Source: Candidatus Freyarchaeum deiterrae
GTDB lineage: Archaea > Asgardarchaeota > Jordiarchaeia > Jordiarchaeales > Jordiarchaeaceae
Length of the DNA: 64,000 nt
Reading direction: 5' to 3'
NCBI GenBank assembly: GCA_037305845.1
Contig: CP147778.1
Location: 3,424,001-3,488,000, forward strand
Of the stretch, positions 11,089-21,792 are shown in pieces (positions within the stretch are counted from its first letter, which is position 1; every line of letters begins with the position of its first letter). Made by a program: the position numbers and the translations under genes. The notes under the pieces are model-generated. The model saw nothing but the letters and a program-made list of their open reading frames with translations, had not been told where the DNA came from and did not search any database.

Positions 11089-12447
11089 ATGACGACTGTT
11101 ACATTAGTTTACCCATATTTTCACTCTCCCAGCGATAATTCAAGCTTCAGACATCCACCACTAGGATTGGGTTACATCGCCGCATATCTAAAACAACACA
11201 ACATCTCAGTTGAACTGGTAGACTGCACTTTTATCAGCCAAGAAGAAGCTCTAGAAAAAATTAGGCGTTCCAACCCCAAGATAATAGGAATTTACTCCAT
11301 GTTCTCCATGAAAAGCAAATCTCTAAAAATAGCCAAACTCACCAGAAAAAACTGCGAGCTGCTCGTTACCGGAGGACCATTACCCACACTGAAACCAGAA
11401 GAATACCTTAACGATTTCGACATAGTAGTTATAGGCGAAGGCGAGGAAACCATGCTTGAGCTGGTACAAAATTTTGAGAACCGCCATGATTTCTCGAAAG
11501 TGAGTGGAATAGCATACAAAGACAAAGGCAAAATCAAAGTCACCCCTCCGAGAGAACAAATTAAGAACCTAGATAGTATGCCGTTTCCAGCCCGAGAATT
11601 ATTTGATAACAAGGGATACAAGGAGTATTACTTCAAAAAATTCGGCTACACCACTACCACCATAATGTCATCTAGAGGGTGCCCCTTTGACTGCGACTTC
11701 TGCAGTCGACCGGTTTTTGGCAATAAATTGAGAACCAGATCTCCAGCGAACGTTGTAGACGAGATGGAGACGGTGGTTGAGCTGGGATACGACAGAATAT
11801 TTTTCTCGGACGACTGCTTCACACTGAGCCGTAAAGGGCTAATTGAGGTCTGCAATGAAATCATCAGACGAGGCGTAAAAATCGATTGGGAGTGCCTGTC
11901 CCGGGTGGATACAGTAGACCGAGAAGTAACCCAAAAAATGAAGCAAGCCGGGTGTGTACGCGTTTTCTTCGGCATCGAGTCAGGAAACGAATCCGTACTG
12001 GCTCTCATGAACAAAAGAATAAGCCTCAAGCAAGCTGAAGAAGCAGTACACCTGACCAAACAAAGCGGAATCCAAGTTGGCGCATTTTTCATAGTAGGAT
12101 ACCCAGGCGAGAACAACGAAACCATTCTCGACACGGTGAGATTCGCTTCCTCACTCCCCTTAGACTATCTCTCTTTCACCATGCCTTACCCTATTCCGGG
12201 AACACCCCTTTACGACAGAATGAAAGAGGACATAATATTTGAAGATTGGGAGGAACCCAAAAATCGGAGTCTAGTAAAACACAAACTAATGTTCGAATCT
12301 CCTTTCTCCGAAGCCAAACTCAAATTCGCCATTCTGAAAGCAAGAATACAATCCAAGCTAAGAAAACATCTCGGAACCAACGGATACAAGATAATAGGTA
12401 CACCCTTCGAACAAATAACAGACTTCACATTCAAACATTTGCTTTGA
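11089..12447 (+). CDS. B12-binding radical SAM protein
   Basis: PPLGLGYIAA B12 domain, GGPLPT, SRGCPFDCDFC (CxxxCxxC), FFGIESG; start moved to ATG 11089. Confidence 0.92.
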   Translation: MTTVTLVYPYFHSPSDNSSFRHPPLGLGYIAAYLKQHNISVELVDCTFISQEEALEKIRRSNPKIIGIYSMFSMKSKSLKIAKLTRKNCELLVTGGPLPTLKPEEYLNDFDIVVIGEGEETMLELVQNFENRHDFSKVSGIAYKDKGKIKVTPPREQIKNLDSMPFPARELFDNKGYKEYYFKKFGYTTTTIMSSRGCPFDCDFCSRPVFGNKLRTRSPANVVDEMETVVELGYDRIFFSDDCFTLSRKGLIEVCNEIIRRGVKIDWECLSRVDTVDREVTQKMKQAGCVRVFFGIESGNESVLALMNKRISLKQAEEAVHLTKQSGIQVGAFFIVGYPGENNETILDTVRFASSLPLDYLSFTMPYPIPGTPLYDRMKEDIIFEDWEEPKNRSLVKHKLMFESPFSEAKLKFAILKARIQSKLRKHLGTNGYKIIGTPFEQITDFTFKHLL

Positions 12448-12703
12448 GTCCAATCAATAACACTAAATACTTCGGAATATTTTCTAGACTAGCTATTGCC
12501 TAAAAAAATCTCTGAACCCTTCAACATTAACCTATTCAAGCATCCAGTACTAGGAAGCTGACCAAACACACCACCCCGCGTCTGATTGCTTGAAATTTCC
12601 GAGATAAAGACTCGGGCTGGCTCTTTTTCCTCAAACAGCAAATTTATTAATAGCACCAATAAATTGTTTTGTTAGAATATATAAAAAATATAATATATAT
12701 AAC

Positions 12704-14962
12704 ATGCTTATAAAATTCGAAAAACGCGAAATGCTAAAACTTAAATCGAATCAAAATATTAACCGCATAAATCAGCGAAGGGGAGCAAAAAATTTGAAAA
12801 GCACAAAGACAAGAAGGAAAAACGTAAAGATGTTATTCTTAGCAGCGATACTCCTCACAGCAACAACCACAGCTATATTACTCCAGAACCAGAACCAAAA
12901 CACCTACCCGCTCATCAATATATACATGCAGAGCGTCTCCCAGGGAAACCCTGATGTCATTCGAGAAAAAATGGACATTTCGTTTGACTACAATTTTTCA
13001 GGAGACCTCTATGAACCAATAAATGTGCTGGCGGACAACATAGTGATAGACGGAAACGGATACACCGTGCAAGGCCCTGGAGATTACTCTGGTTACGGTT
13101 TCAACTTGACTGGCAGAAGCAACGTAACCATAAAGAACGTAATAGTCACATGGTGGAACACAAGCTTTTACCTGAATTCCTGTCAAAACTGTAAACTCAT
13201 AAACAACACAGCCACATACAATTGGGCTGGCTTCTACCTATATAATTCGAGCAACAATAATACTCTTACTGGCAACACTGCCACAGACAACTGGGAAAAC
13301 GGCTTCTATCTGTACGATAGTTCGTACAATACTCTTTCGGGTAATGTTATGGTTGGGAATGGGTTATCTGTGTCGGGTTCTCTCGCAGTTTTAGCTTCGA
13401 ATGTTGTTGATCAGAGTAACACTGTGAACGGCGGGGTCCTCTACTACTATGTGAGTAGGAGTGGGCTTTCCGCTGCGAATTTCACGAACGCTGGTCAGGT
13501 GGTACTCGTCAACTGCACCAACTCCGAAATCTCCGACCTAAACATCTCCTACATCTACGCAGGAATCCAGTTACACTACTCCAGAAACATTACAATCTCA
13601 AGAAACAATGTTTCCTACAACTATTATGGCATTTACCTCAATAATTCGAACAACAACACCCTTTCAAACAACACAGCCACAGACAACTTCTACGGGGCTG
13701 GCTTCTACCTATATAATTCGAGCAATAATACTTTTACTGGCAACAATGCCACAAACAACAACAACGGAGACGGCTTCTTCCTAGAATCCAGCTCGAATAA
13801 CAATATTCTTTCGGGTAACACAGCAAACAACAACATCTGGGGCTTCTACCTATACAACAGCTATTACAATAATATTCTTTCGGGTAACATAGCAAACAAC
13901 AATTATTATGGCTTCATCCTCGATTCTTCGTGTAACAATAATATTCTTTCGGGTAACAATGCCACAAACAACAATTATGGCTTCTACCTATATAATTCGA
14001 GCAATAATAATACTCTTACTGGCAACACCGCCACAAACAACTACTGTGGCTTCTCCTTGTGGGAAAGCTTGAATAACAACATTTCGGGTAACACCGCCAC
14101 AAACAACAATGGTGATAGCTTCTACCTAGATTTTTCGAGCAATAATAATACTCTTACTGGCAACACCGCCACAAACAACTACCGGGGCTTCTATTTAGGT
14201 CAGTCGAGCAATAATACTCTTACTAGCAACACCGCAAACAGCAACATCTACGGCTTCTACCTGTACAATAGCTCTTACAATAATCTTTCGGGTAATACCG
14301 CAAACAACAACTACGACGGAGGCTTCTACTTAAATTCTTTGAGCAATGATAATAATCTTACTGGCAACAACGCCACAAGCGACCACCAATGCTTCTACCT
14401 ATATAATTCAAGCAATAATACTCTTACTGGCAACAACGCCACAAGCGACCACCAATGCTTCTACACATGTGATTCAAGCAATAATAATACTCTTACTGGC
14501 AACACCGCAAAAGACACCTCCCCGGGCTGGACGCTGATAGGATGCAAGTTCGGGTATGCATATACTCCGCGATACAATTGGGGCTTTTACTTGATTAATA
14601 GCTCTTACAATACTCTCATAAATAACACAATCGAAGACTACTGGGGCCGCGACTTTAACCAAAACTCTTACTCTATCAATAACACTCTTGAAAATAACAC
14701 AGTTATCGCCACCGGCTCACCTCTGGAAAATCTGTTATACAGTATGCTTAACGCCTCGTCTCTCTATAATCCGCAAGGTGCACAACTAGAGACCGGTCTA
14801 TTGATTACTTTGATGATAGTGGTGGGTGTAGTTTTGGTAGTAGTAGGGGTGAACTATTATCATAAGAGGAGCGAGGGCGGCGTAACGTCTCATGGTAAGC
14901 CTAAGGCTTCCAAACAGCGTAAGCCTGGGCCCGAACCTGAAAGATGGGAAACCCCATCCTAG
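12704..14962 (+). CDS. NosD/CASH right-handed beta-helix surface protein with N- and C-terminal membrane segments
   Basis: Many GFYLYNSSNNNTLTGNTATNN repeats, many N-x-S/T sequons, C-terminal TM. Confidence 0.9.
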   Translation: MLIKFEKREMLKLKSNQNINRINQRRGAKNLKSTKTRRKNVKMLFLAAILLTATTTAILLQNQNQNTYPLINIYMQSVSQGNPDVIREKMDISFDYNFSGDLYEPINVLADNIVIDGNGYTVQGPGDYSGYGFNLTGRSNVTIKNVIVTWWNTSFYLNSCQNCKLINNTATYNWAGFYLYNSSNNNTLTGNTATDNWENGFYLYDSSYNTLSGNVMVGNGLSVSGSLAVLASNVVDQSNTVNGGVLYYYVSRSGLSAANFTNAGQVVLVNCTNSEISDLNISYIYAGIQLHYSRNITISRNNVSYNYYGIYLNNSNNNTLSNNTATDNFYGAGFYLYNSSNNTFTGNNATNNNNGDGFFLESSSNNNILSGNTANNNIWGFYLYNSYYNNILSGNIANNNYYGFILDSSCNNNILSGNNATNNNYGFYLYNSSNNNTLTGNTATNNYCGFSLWESLNNNISGNTATNNNGDSFYLDFSSNNNTLTGNTATNNYRGFYLGQSSNNTLTSNTANSNIYGFYLYNSSYNNLSGNTANNNYDGGFYLNSLSNDNNLTGNNATSDHQCFYLYNSSNNTLTGNNATSDHQCFYTCDSSNNNTLTGNTAKDTSPGWTLIGCKFGYAYTPRYNWGFYLINSSYNTLINNTIEDYWGRDFNQNSYSINNTLENNTVIATGSPLENLLYSMLNASSLYNPQGAQLETGLLITLMIVVGVVLVVVGVNYYHKRSEGGVTSHGKPKASKQRKPGPEPERWETPS
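14356..14464. repeat. Recent exact duplication of a beta-helix repeat unit
   Basis: 43-bp tcttactggcaacaacgccacaagcgaccaccaatgcttctac at 14356 and 14422 (66-bp period). Confidence 0.85.
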
Positions 14963-15102
14963 TTGTCCCCTCACTGATTCTAGAGGTAGTGTATCAGAGA
15001 TTCGAGTCTAACCTGTTACATACGCAAATTTTCCCTCTATTTTTTAACTTCCCTATTCTGAAAAACATTACAACAAAAATGTGTATGCTATTGAACGAAT
15101 AT

Positions 15103-15918
15103 TCATTTTCGGCTTTTTTCTTTCTCTTCGAATCTTCGTAAGGCTTCTGTTGCGGCATCTTGGACTTCTTTTTCTTTGTCCTTTAGGGCGTGGTTGAGTG
15201 GTTTTACTGCTTTTTTGTCTCCTATTAGTCCTAGGGCTTGTACTGCTTCTCTTCGCACGTACCAGTCTTCGTCTTTGAGGGCTTGTATTAGTGGGTCTAC
15301 TGCTGTTGTGTCTCCTATTTCTCCGAGGGCTTTTGCTGCTTCTCCTCTTACCTCGCTCTCTTCGTCGTTTAGGATTTGGATGAGTGGTTCTACTGCTCTT
15401 GTTTCTTTCATGTTTCCGAGGGCCATTGCTGCTTCTCCTAGGACGTCCCAGTTTTCATCGTTTAGGGCCTGTAGGAGTGGTTCTACCGCTTTTTCGTCTT
15501 TTATTCTTCCGAGAGCCCAAACCGCGCTCAATCTAACGTCGTCGTCTTCGTCTTCCTTTAGAGTTTGTACTAGAATTTCCACAGCTTTTGCATCCCCTAT
15601 CTCGCCCAGAGCCTCCGCCGCGTTTCCTCTAACCTCACCATCTTCATCGTTCAGAAGTTGGATGAGAGAATCAACCGCCCTCCCATCTCTTATAACTCCG
15701 AGAGACTGTGCTGCTACTCCCCTAACCTCCCTGTTCTTGTCCTTTAGAACTTGGATGAGGGGCTCCACCGCCTTTGCATCCCCTAGGTCTCCGAGGGATC
15801 TTGCCGCTTCTAAACGGACTGTCCAATCTTCATCCTTAAGGTCCTTTATCAAAGTCTTTATCTCATTCTCTGCTTTCATGCTTTCCACATCCACTTGGGT
15901 AGATTCACTTTTTCCCAT
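15103..15918 (-). CDS. HEAT-repeat (PBS lyase-like) protein
   Basis: ~8 repeats of VRxxAAxALGxIGDxxAVEPLIQxLxD. Confidence 0.92.
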   Translation of the reverse strand: MGKSESTQVDVESMKAENEIKTLIKDLKDEDWTVRLEAARSLGDLGDAKAVEPLIQVLKDKNREVRGVAAQSLGVIRDGRAVDSLIQLLNDEDGEVRGNAAEALGEIGDAKAVEILVQTLKEDEDDDVRLSAVWALGRIKDEKAVEPLLQALNDENWDVLGEAAMALGNMKETRAVEPLIQILNDEESEVRGEAAKALGEIGDTTAVDPLIQALKDEDWYVRREAVQALGLIGDKKAVKPLNHALKDKEKEVQDAATEALRRFEEKEKSRK

Positions 15919-16242
15919 TTCACCCTTTAAAACTCCTCAGAACAATTTGACTATAATACTGGTATGGAATTCAAAACTCGAGCCTTTCAAATTTGGGCGA
16001 ATAATAATAAATTTGTGTAACCGCTCAATTGTCAGTTACCTATATAATTGTTACTCCTCTTCTCCTTCTACATAATGCTGCATTAAGCCACGCGGGGTCT
16101 AAATTCAATAATTTTTAATTGCGGAATGAGCTTATATGTCTGACCTCTTACTACTGCCTTTTCCTTCAACCACTCTTGGATATAGCTCGAAGCGCTCCCA
16201 CTTGTCTAAATGTGGCGTTTTACACAAAAAATGCGGCTACTA

Positions 16243-17049
16243 TTATTTAATTCCAATGCCTTTAAAGAAAGTATAACAAAATGTGCCATCCGGAGATTCC
16301 GCTACTTTATTCAGGTCTCTAATTCCTTTATCCCAGGAAGATTTGTCTATTAGCTTTAGCTCTAATGCTTGCTTTTTTACTCCCTCAACCATTGGTATAA
16401 TCGTTTTTCTCACGAACCCATCCACTAGTTCAGGTTTACTCGAATCAGCATAGACTACTCGGGGTGAGACGTTAATTTTCTGAAGATCCGCTTTGTTCAG
16501 CAGAGGGAAAAGCTGTCGTCCGATTAGTGAATTTCCTTTCAAATATGTTTGCACCTGAATTAGGCAACGCCAGGCTATTATCGCTTCGCGAGTTTCAGGG
16601 TGGAAATAGCATGAGCCGTGGTCGCCTTCTATGACTGTTAGGGAGCCAGCGGTTTTCAAGACTTTTCTTAGCTCTATCAAAGCCCTTACAGGTTCTTGGA
16701 GGTGTTCAAGCACAAAGCATACAAATACGTGGTCGAATCTCTCCTCCTCAAAGGGAAGAGCAAAGATATCGGCTTGTCGGAAATGAACGTTTGTTATATT
16801 TTCTTTGTCGATTAAATCTCTTGCTTTGTTAAGTGAGTCCTGCGAAATGTCTATTGAGGTAAACTCGGAGTCTGGACTGTTTTTAGCTAGTATGGCTGTC
16901 TGTGCTCCTACGCCGCACCCTGCTTCCAAAACTCTGCTACCTTGTGGATAAACTGTGTCATGGTGCAGAAGATCTGCGAGTGTATTGGCTTGGTCGTATA
17001 GTCTTTCTGATTCTCTTTCCGAATATCCATGTGTATATTTATTGTTCAT
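16243..17049 (-). CDS. Class I SAM-dependent methyltransferase
   Basis: LEAGCGVG, FDHVFVCFVLEHL, IEGDHGS. Confidence 0.9.
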   Translation of the reverse strand: MNNKYTHGYSERESERLYDQANTLADLLHHDTVYPQGSRVLEAGCGVGAQTAILAKNSPDSEFTSIDISQDSLNKARDLIDKENITNVHFRQADIFALPFEEERFDHVFVCFVLEHLQEPVRALIELRKVLKTAGSLTVIEGDHGSCYFHPETREAIIAWRCLIQVQTYLKGNSLIGRQLFPLLNKADLQKINVSPRVVYADSSKPELVDGFVRKTIIPMVEGVKKQALELKLIDKSSWDKGIRDLNKVAESPDGTFCYTFFKGIGIK

Positions 17050-17162
17050 AAAATAACTATCTCTCCACTACTAACTCTTGACTATAAATTTGAAGCAATA
17101 TTTCCTTTAACGCTTAGGGATATATGAATTTGTCTTAAAACATTTTGGGCCTCGAACTTAAC

Positions 17163-18533
17163 TTAGATAATGCTCAGGTGGAGCCCAAGTACTGCAATTT
17201 CTACCCAAAGAATAATTGAAGCTGCAGCAACCTCCAGGATGGATAGCACGGAGCCAACTTTGAGGTAGTCTCTGAGTCTGATGGTTAGTCCTTTTCTTTT
17301 CATGGTGGCCATCCACATTAGAATTGCCAGTGAGCCTAGTGGGAAAAAGTGGGGACCAAGATTGTTCCCGATTATGTTTGAGAAGATTAAGCCGGTAATG
17401 ATTTGAGGGCTTAAGAAAAGGCTGTAGTAGGTTGTTGCCTGCCTTATTGTTAAGAGTCCGAGTAAGGTCATTGGCCAGTTGTTCATGAAACTGGCGCTAA
17501 CTGTTACAATGAGGCTGGGGGCGAGGATGGATAGAAATGAAGGCCAATAGGAAGTAGTAACGAATAGGTATGCGAAATAATCAACTATGCCTGTGGTTCT
17601 TAAGCCTTGGACTACTAAAAAAATTGCAATCAAAAAAACTACGATATCCCAGTTGATCGCTTTCAAAATGCTTCGAACACCTTTTCTCTCTTCTTTCAAA
17701 ACATATTTCTGTTTCTGTGTCGCCCAAAAGACCGCGATAAGGAAAACGGCTCCGGAACAAATGACAAAAGAGACCGGTATTCCCTTAAACGAGGTTATAA
17801 CGTAGCCCACGTCGATGGCAATCAGGGTGGCAGCGCTAATTTTTAATCGTTTGGGTGTTATTATTGTGCCGTCGACTGCTAATGTTTCTACGAGGGTGAC
17901 GGAGTATGATTTTGGGACTTTTTTTCTGAAGAAGAGATAGACCACGAGAAGACTGATTACTACTGTGACAACGGCTATCGGTCCCATAAATGTCAGGTGG
18001 TCAATGAAGCTGTACTTGAAATAGTCTGCACTAACGATGTTTACTGGGTTGCTTGTTATCAGAGGCATTGCTGCGGTATCAGCGATGAGTCCCGCCGCGA
18101 AAAGGTACGCTAGTCTGCCCTCCTTCTCCATTTTAAGTTGGTTAACAATCTCCAAGACAATAGGTGTCAAAATCAGCACCGCACTGTCATTGGCAAAAAG
18201 TATGCTTACAGCCGCTGTAAGGAGAGCGATGTAAAAGTAGAGCCTTAGACCGCTGCCGCCAGCCAGCTTTGCCACCTTTAAAGCTGCCCATTTAAAGAAC
18301 CCCATAGCGTCCAGCGTCACGGACATCGCAACTATGCCGATGAAAGCCAGGGCGGCGTCCCATATAATTGTGAGCGCGTTAACGGCATCACTTACTGTTA
18401 CGATTCCCAGAAGAAGCATGGCGATTGCCCCGATTCCCGCAGCGACGCCCAAGTTAATATTCCGGGGTCTCCTTATCATAAGAACCAGCGTCACCAAGAA
18501 AATGCCCACTGCGGCAATAGGCTCCCAATCCAT
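17163..18533 (-). CDS. arsB: ArsB/NhaD-family arsenite efflux permease
   Basis: FANDSAVLILTP, ADTAAMPLITSNPVN, MNNWP, NLGP...GSLA motifs. Confidence 0.8.
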   Translation of the reverse strand: MDWEPIAAVGIFLVTLVLMIRRPRNINLGVAAGIGAIAMLLLGIVTVSDAVNALTIIWDAALAFIGIVAMSVTLDAMGFFKWAALKVAKLAGGSGLRLYFYIALLTAAVSILFANDSAVLILTPIVLEIVNQLKMEKEGRLAYLFAAGLIADTAAMPLITSNPVNIVSADYFKYSFIDHLTFMGPIAVVTVVISLLVVYLFFRKKVPKSYSVTLVETLAVDGTIITPKRLKISAATLIAIDVGYVITSFKGIPVSFVICSGAVFLIAVFWATQKQKYVLKEERKGVRSILKAINWDIVVFLIAIFLVVQGLRTTGIVDYFAYLFVTTSYWPSFLSILAPSLIVTVSASFMNNWPMTLLGLLTIRQATTYYSLFLSPQIITGLIFSNIIGNNLGPHFFPLGSLAILMWMATMKRKGLTIRLRDYLKVGSVLSILEVAAASIILWVEIAVLGLHLSII

Positions 18534-18976
18534 GTTTTCTCACCTTTAACGAGTTGTCTTCTGACCTGGTGCAGTTGAAGCAAACAATGGAGATGAAACT
18601 ATTACTAGTATGCTCACAAGTGTGGACACTTTACTGTCTCCCCTCACTTCACTCATTCCAATAATCATAGTAGCGTTTCTCAGTTGCATTAGAGTTCATA
18701 TTTTGAGTTCCCTCTATTTTTCCGGATGGATTGAAATAACTGTATTGTTCAGTTATACAACCTTGATATAAGCTTTTTTCATTCTAATTTATTCACACAA
18801 AAAAATGGATGCGTGGTAAACATTTACCTATAGTTTAAATTTAAACCTTAGGCTAAAGTCAAGTCAGGCTATTAAACAGCAACAGTACTTACCAAAGACT
18901 TTTGCCGCTTTCTAAATATTTTAATATTAATTAGTTCTTATTTTCTTATCAAAATAGAGGTGGAGGGATAATCTAA

Positions 18977-19495
18977 ATGAGTTCACAAAGACCCATGGGA
19001 ATAACCGCACTAGCCATAATCTTCCTAATACTTGCAACGCTAGGAATCATTGCAGGAATACTAGTCGCAGCCGTAGTGGTTCCCACGTTTCAAAACACGT
19101 TACAAAATGATTTTCTCAGTATCTTTTTCTCTTTCGGAATCACTCCAATGTACATCTATGCTCAATCTGCATTTTTACTTGATATACTTGGTGCAACCCA
19201 ATTGCTATCTTCTATTGGGGCATACCAATTCATTGCTGTGGGGGCTTTGATTGGTTCGGTTTTACATATTTTAGACGGTGTTGGCTTGTTATACATGAAG
19301 AAGTGGGCGTACTACCTTGCATTGATACTCGGAATAAGCGGCATAATCGCCGGGGTAATCGGAATAATATCTATACAGGGCATAATGGCTCTAATCGCCG
19401 GGGTAATAATAGTAATGTACCTGATATTCGCTCTGATATTCGGAATAATAATAGTAGTGTACCTGATGGTAAAAATAAAACACGAGTTTGAATAA
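18977..19495 (+). CDS. Small membrane protein, RPxG family copy 1
   Basis: QRPMGITALAIIF...GLLYMKKWAYYLAL...VYLMVKIKHEFE. Confidence 0.85.
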   Translation: MSSQRPMGITALAIIFLILATLGIIAGILVAAVVVPTFQNTLQNDFLSIFFSFGITPMYIYAQSAFLLDILGATQLLSSIGAYQFIAVGALIGSVLHILDGVGLLYMKKWAYYLALILGISGIIAGVIGIISIQGIMALIAGVIIVMYLIFALIFGIIIVVYLMVKIKHEFE

Positions 19496-19617
19496 TTACT
19501 ATTATTATTTCCTCAATTTTTTTAATTGAAATATTAAATCAATTAGGAAAAGATAATTAGTTCTTGGGTCTCTAGGAATTTTATCCCCAATGTATTTTTA
19601 CCCGGAATTGCTTCTAC

Positions 19618-19638
19618 AAAAATATTTTTATATCTAAA
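19618..19638 (+). promoter_or_regulatory. Conserved promoter cassette (AAAAATATTTTTATATCTAAA) shared by the membrane-protein paralogs
   Basis: Near-identical copies at 20416, 21012, 24192 (+) and 26587-26607, 27129-27146 (-), each about 58-65 nt upstream of the start; contains TATA-like TTTATA. Confidence 0.75.
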
Positions 19639-19680
19639 CAATGCTTTCTAGTGATTAAAAAAATATGGGTGGGATATAGA

Positions 19681-20205
19681 ATGGCTTTTAGACCGCGTGA
19701 CATAACTGGGATAGCTATAAGCCTCATAATTTTTGCCGCACTGGGAGTCATCGGAGCAATTTTTATCGAGGCTGTATTGATACCTCCTTATCAAACCTCA
19801 AACTACACCCGTCTCCTCACAATCCTCATCGGATGGTATTATTCTGGAGCCTTTTTATCTCAGGGTGAATTGATCCTTATTTCTTTCCAATCTATTTTCA
19901 TGAGCAATGGTATGACCATCGCAGGCTATTTACAATTTGTTCACGTTGGGGTTTTGATTGTTCTAGCCATTGTGCCCCTGCTTATTATTTCTGCTGTTGG
20001 ACTATTCAGGATGAAGCGATGGGGGCGCTACCTCGGGTTGGTAGTTGGATTAATATTCATAATTGGCAGTATAGCCGAAATAATAATAACAATTACAATT
20101 GGCGGCATAGTTGCGTCATTTATTGGTCTCGTTATATATTTTGTGCCCTACGGAGTATGGATAATCTTTAGAATTTATAGAGTATCAAAAGATGATTTTG
20201 AATGA
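19681..20205 (+). CDS. Small membrane protein, RPxG family copy 2
   Basis: MAFRPRDITGIA...GLFRMKRWGRYLG...KDDFE; start chosen by alignment with paralogs. Confidence 0.85.
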   Translation: MAFRPRDITGIAISLIIFAALGVIGAIFIEAVLIPPYQTSNYTRLLTILIGWYYSGAFLSQGELILISFQSIFMSNGMTIAGYLQFVHVGVLIVLAIVPLLIISAVGLFRMKRWGRYLGLVVGLIFIIGSIAEIIITITIGGIVASFIGLVIYFVPYGVWIIFRIYRVSKDDFE

Positions 20206-20242
20206 AATAAAAAAACCGCTCCCAATTTTTTTCGGGTGGTTT

Positions 20243-20427
20243 TGAATTCTTCATTATAATTTGATTTTTGCTGGTGATGTTCACCTTTCAAAAAAATTGT
20301 CTATTGCTCTGAGAAACTAAGAGAGAGTGTGCTGTTGGGAGGTGGTATCTGGTTTTGAGGATTTTTTGTTCTGAAATTTTTCTTTACTTTATTTACTCGT
20401 GATTGGTGTCGCATTAAAAATATTTTT
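20243..20427. repeat. ~185-bp intergenic repeat, inverted copy at 25828..26011
   Basis: tgaattcttcattataatttgatttt...gttcacctttcaaaaaa...gttgggaggtggtatctg...gcattaaaaatattttt matches the reverse complement of 25828-26011. Confidence 0.9.
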
Positions 20428-20465
20428 ATATTTAAATTGATAAGCCTTATCAACAGTAAAAAATA

Positions 20466-20801
20466 TTGGATGGGATATGCATTTCTTATAGACGTGGTGG
20501 TGTTACTGCACTAGCCGTACTTTTCTTATTCATCGGGGCGTATGGGGGAATTGGAGCAACATTAGCCGGGTTCTCTCTTGGCCCTACAATATTTCAACCG
20601 ATGAATATTTGGCAAATAGTATTGGTTTTGTTTATGTTTACTGTTGCGGAAATGTATGTCTTTGCTGCTTTTGGCTTGCTCCACATGAAGAGGTGGGGGC
20701 GTTACCTTGCATTGATACTTGGAGTTGGTATGATTCCTTGGATATTAGGAATAGCGATAGTAGTTTACCTTATGAGAGATGTAAAATACGATTTTGAGTA
20801 G
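20466..20801 (+). CDS. Small membrane protein, RPxG family copy 3 (shorter; start uncertain)
   Basis: SYRRGGVTALAVLF...GLLHMKRWGRYLAL...VYLMRDVKYDFE. Confidence 0.78.
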   Translation: MDGICISYRRGGVTALAVLFLFIGAYGGIGATLAGFSLGPTIFQPMNIWQIVLVLFMFTVAEMYVFAAFGLLHMKRWGRYLALILGVGMIPWILGIAIVVYLMRDVKYDFE

Positions 20802-21071
20802 CTGCAACTTTTCCTATCAAATTTTTTCTACCTGAAATGTTTGCCAAACTCCTCCTGATACTAGTCTCTTTAGCTCTTAATACTGATAATCAGAGCAGTT
20901 TCAATGTTTAAAATCCAAAAAGTGTTAAGTAGGCTTATTGGGAGGATAATCAGTTAAGTCTAAGTCTCAGTTTATAATATTTTTTGCTTGTTTTTCTTAG
21001 GTTGCTTCGACAAGAATATTTTTATATCTAAAAAATCTTTTTCAAAGGTAAAAAAGGTAGGATAGATTTAG

Positions 21072-21539
21072 ATGAGTTATAGGCCGGGTGGTGTCACAGA
21101 ACTAGCCGTAATTTTCATACTTCTTGCTGCGCTTGGCATTGGTGTTACAGTATTCATTGAGGAGGTATTAGTCGCTGGACAAGTTCAAAAGGCGTTTTTA
21201 GGCGGGATATTTTCAGTTATGACTGGGCTGTCTTTAGGATTGCCACTAGGAGATACGCTTCTCTTAGCTACGTTTTCGACAGCCAGTTACCAATCAGCTG
21301 TAGGCTTCTATCATATAGCAGCCGTGATTGCAATTATGTATGCAGCAATATGTTTACTTACTGCTATCGGCTTATTTGGGATGAAAATCTGGGGATACTA
21401 CCTAGCGTTTATAATAGGAATATTCGACATAACCGTCGGCGTAATCGGTTTGTTCTTAATAGTTGGTATAATTCCTCTGGTATTTGGAATAGTAGTATTA
21501 GTGTACCTGAGCAGAGACATAAAAGACAAGTTTAAGTAA
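21072..21539 (+). CDS. Small membrane protein, RPxG family copy 4
   Basis: MSYRPGGVTELAVIF...GLFGMKIWGYYLA...VYLSRDIKDKFK. Confidence 0.85.
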   Translation: MSYRPGGVTELAVIFILLAALGIGVTVFIEEVLVAGQVQKAFLGGIFSVMTGLSLGLPLGDTLLLATFSTASYQSAVGFYHIAAVIAIMYAAICLLTAIGLFGMKIWGYYLAFIIGIFDITVGVIGLFLIVGIIPLVFGIVVLVYLSRDIKDKFK

Positions 21540-21792
21540 AAGTCCCCCCAAATTTTTCTTCGAATCATCCATTCTTTCAAGATAGTTTGCGCGAATCCTG
21601 CCCTGGCATATTTTTGATATGAATCTGCATTCTTGATTTAAGCCAAATTTCTTGTAGTTCATAATTAGAGCTTAAGGGTTGAATGAGAAGTAATAATTTT
21701 TTTAACTCCTGATTACTTTGCAGATGAAGCGTAAACTATTCCACAAAAATTTTCTTCCAAGTTTTGAGCAGAAAACACACCATAACCAATTA

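Noticed and set aside
13200-14520. AAC-rich repeats as a DGR template or CRISPR array
   Set aside because: They are in-frame protein repeats; no reverse transcriptase, no unique spacers, no cas genes
15176-16075. 299-aa plus-strand ORF
   Set aside because: Antisense shadow of the HEAT-repeat gene; Ser/Arg-rich with no independent motifs
18546-18690. ~45-aa minus-strand ORF upstream of arsB
   Set aside because: No ArsR or other recognisable motif
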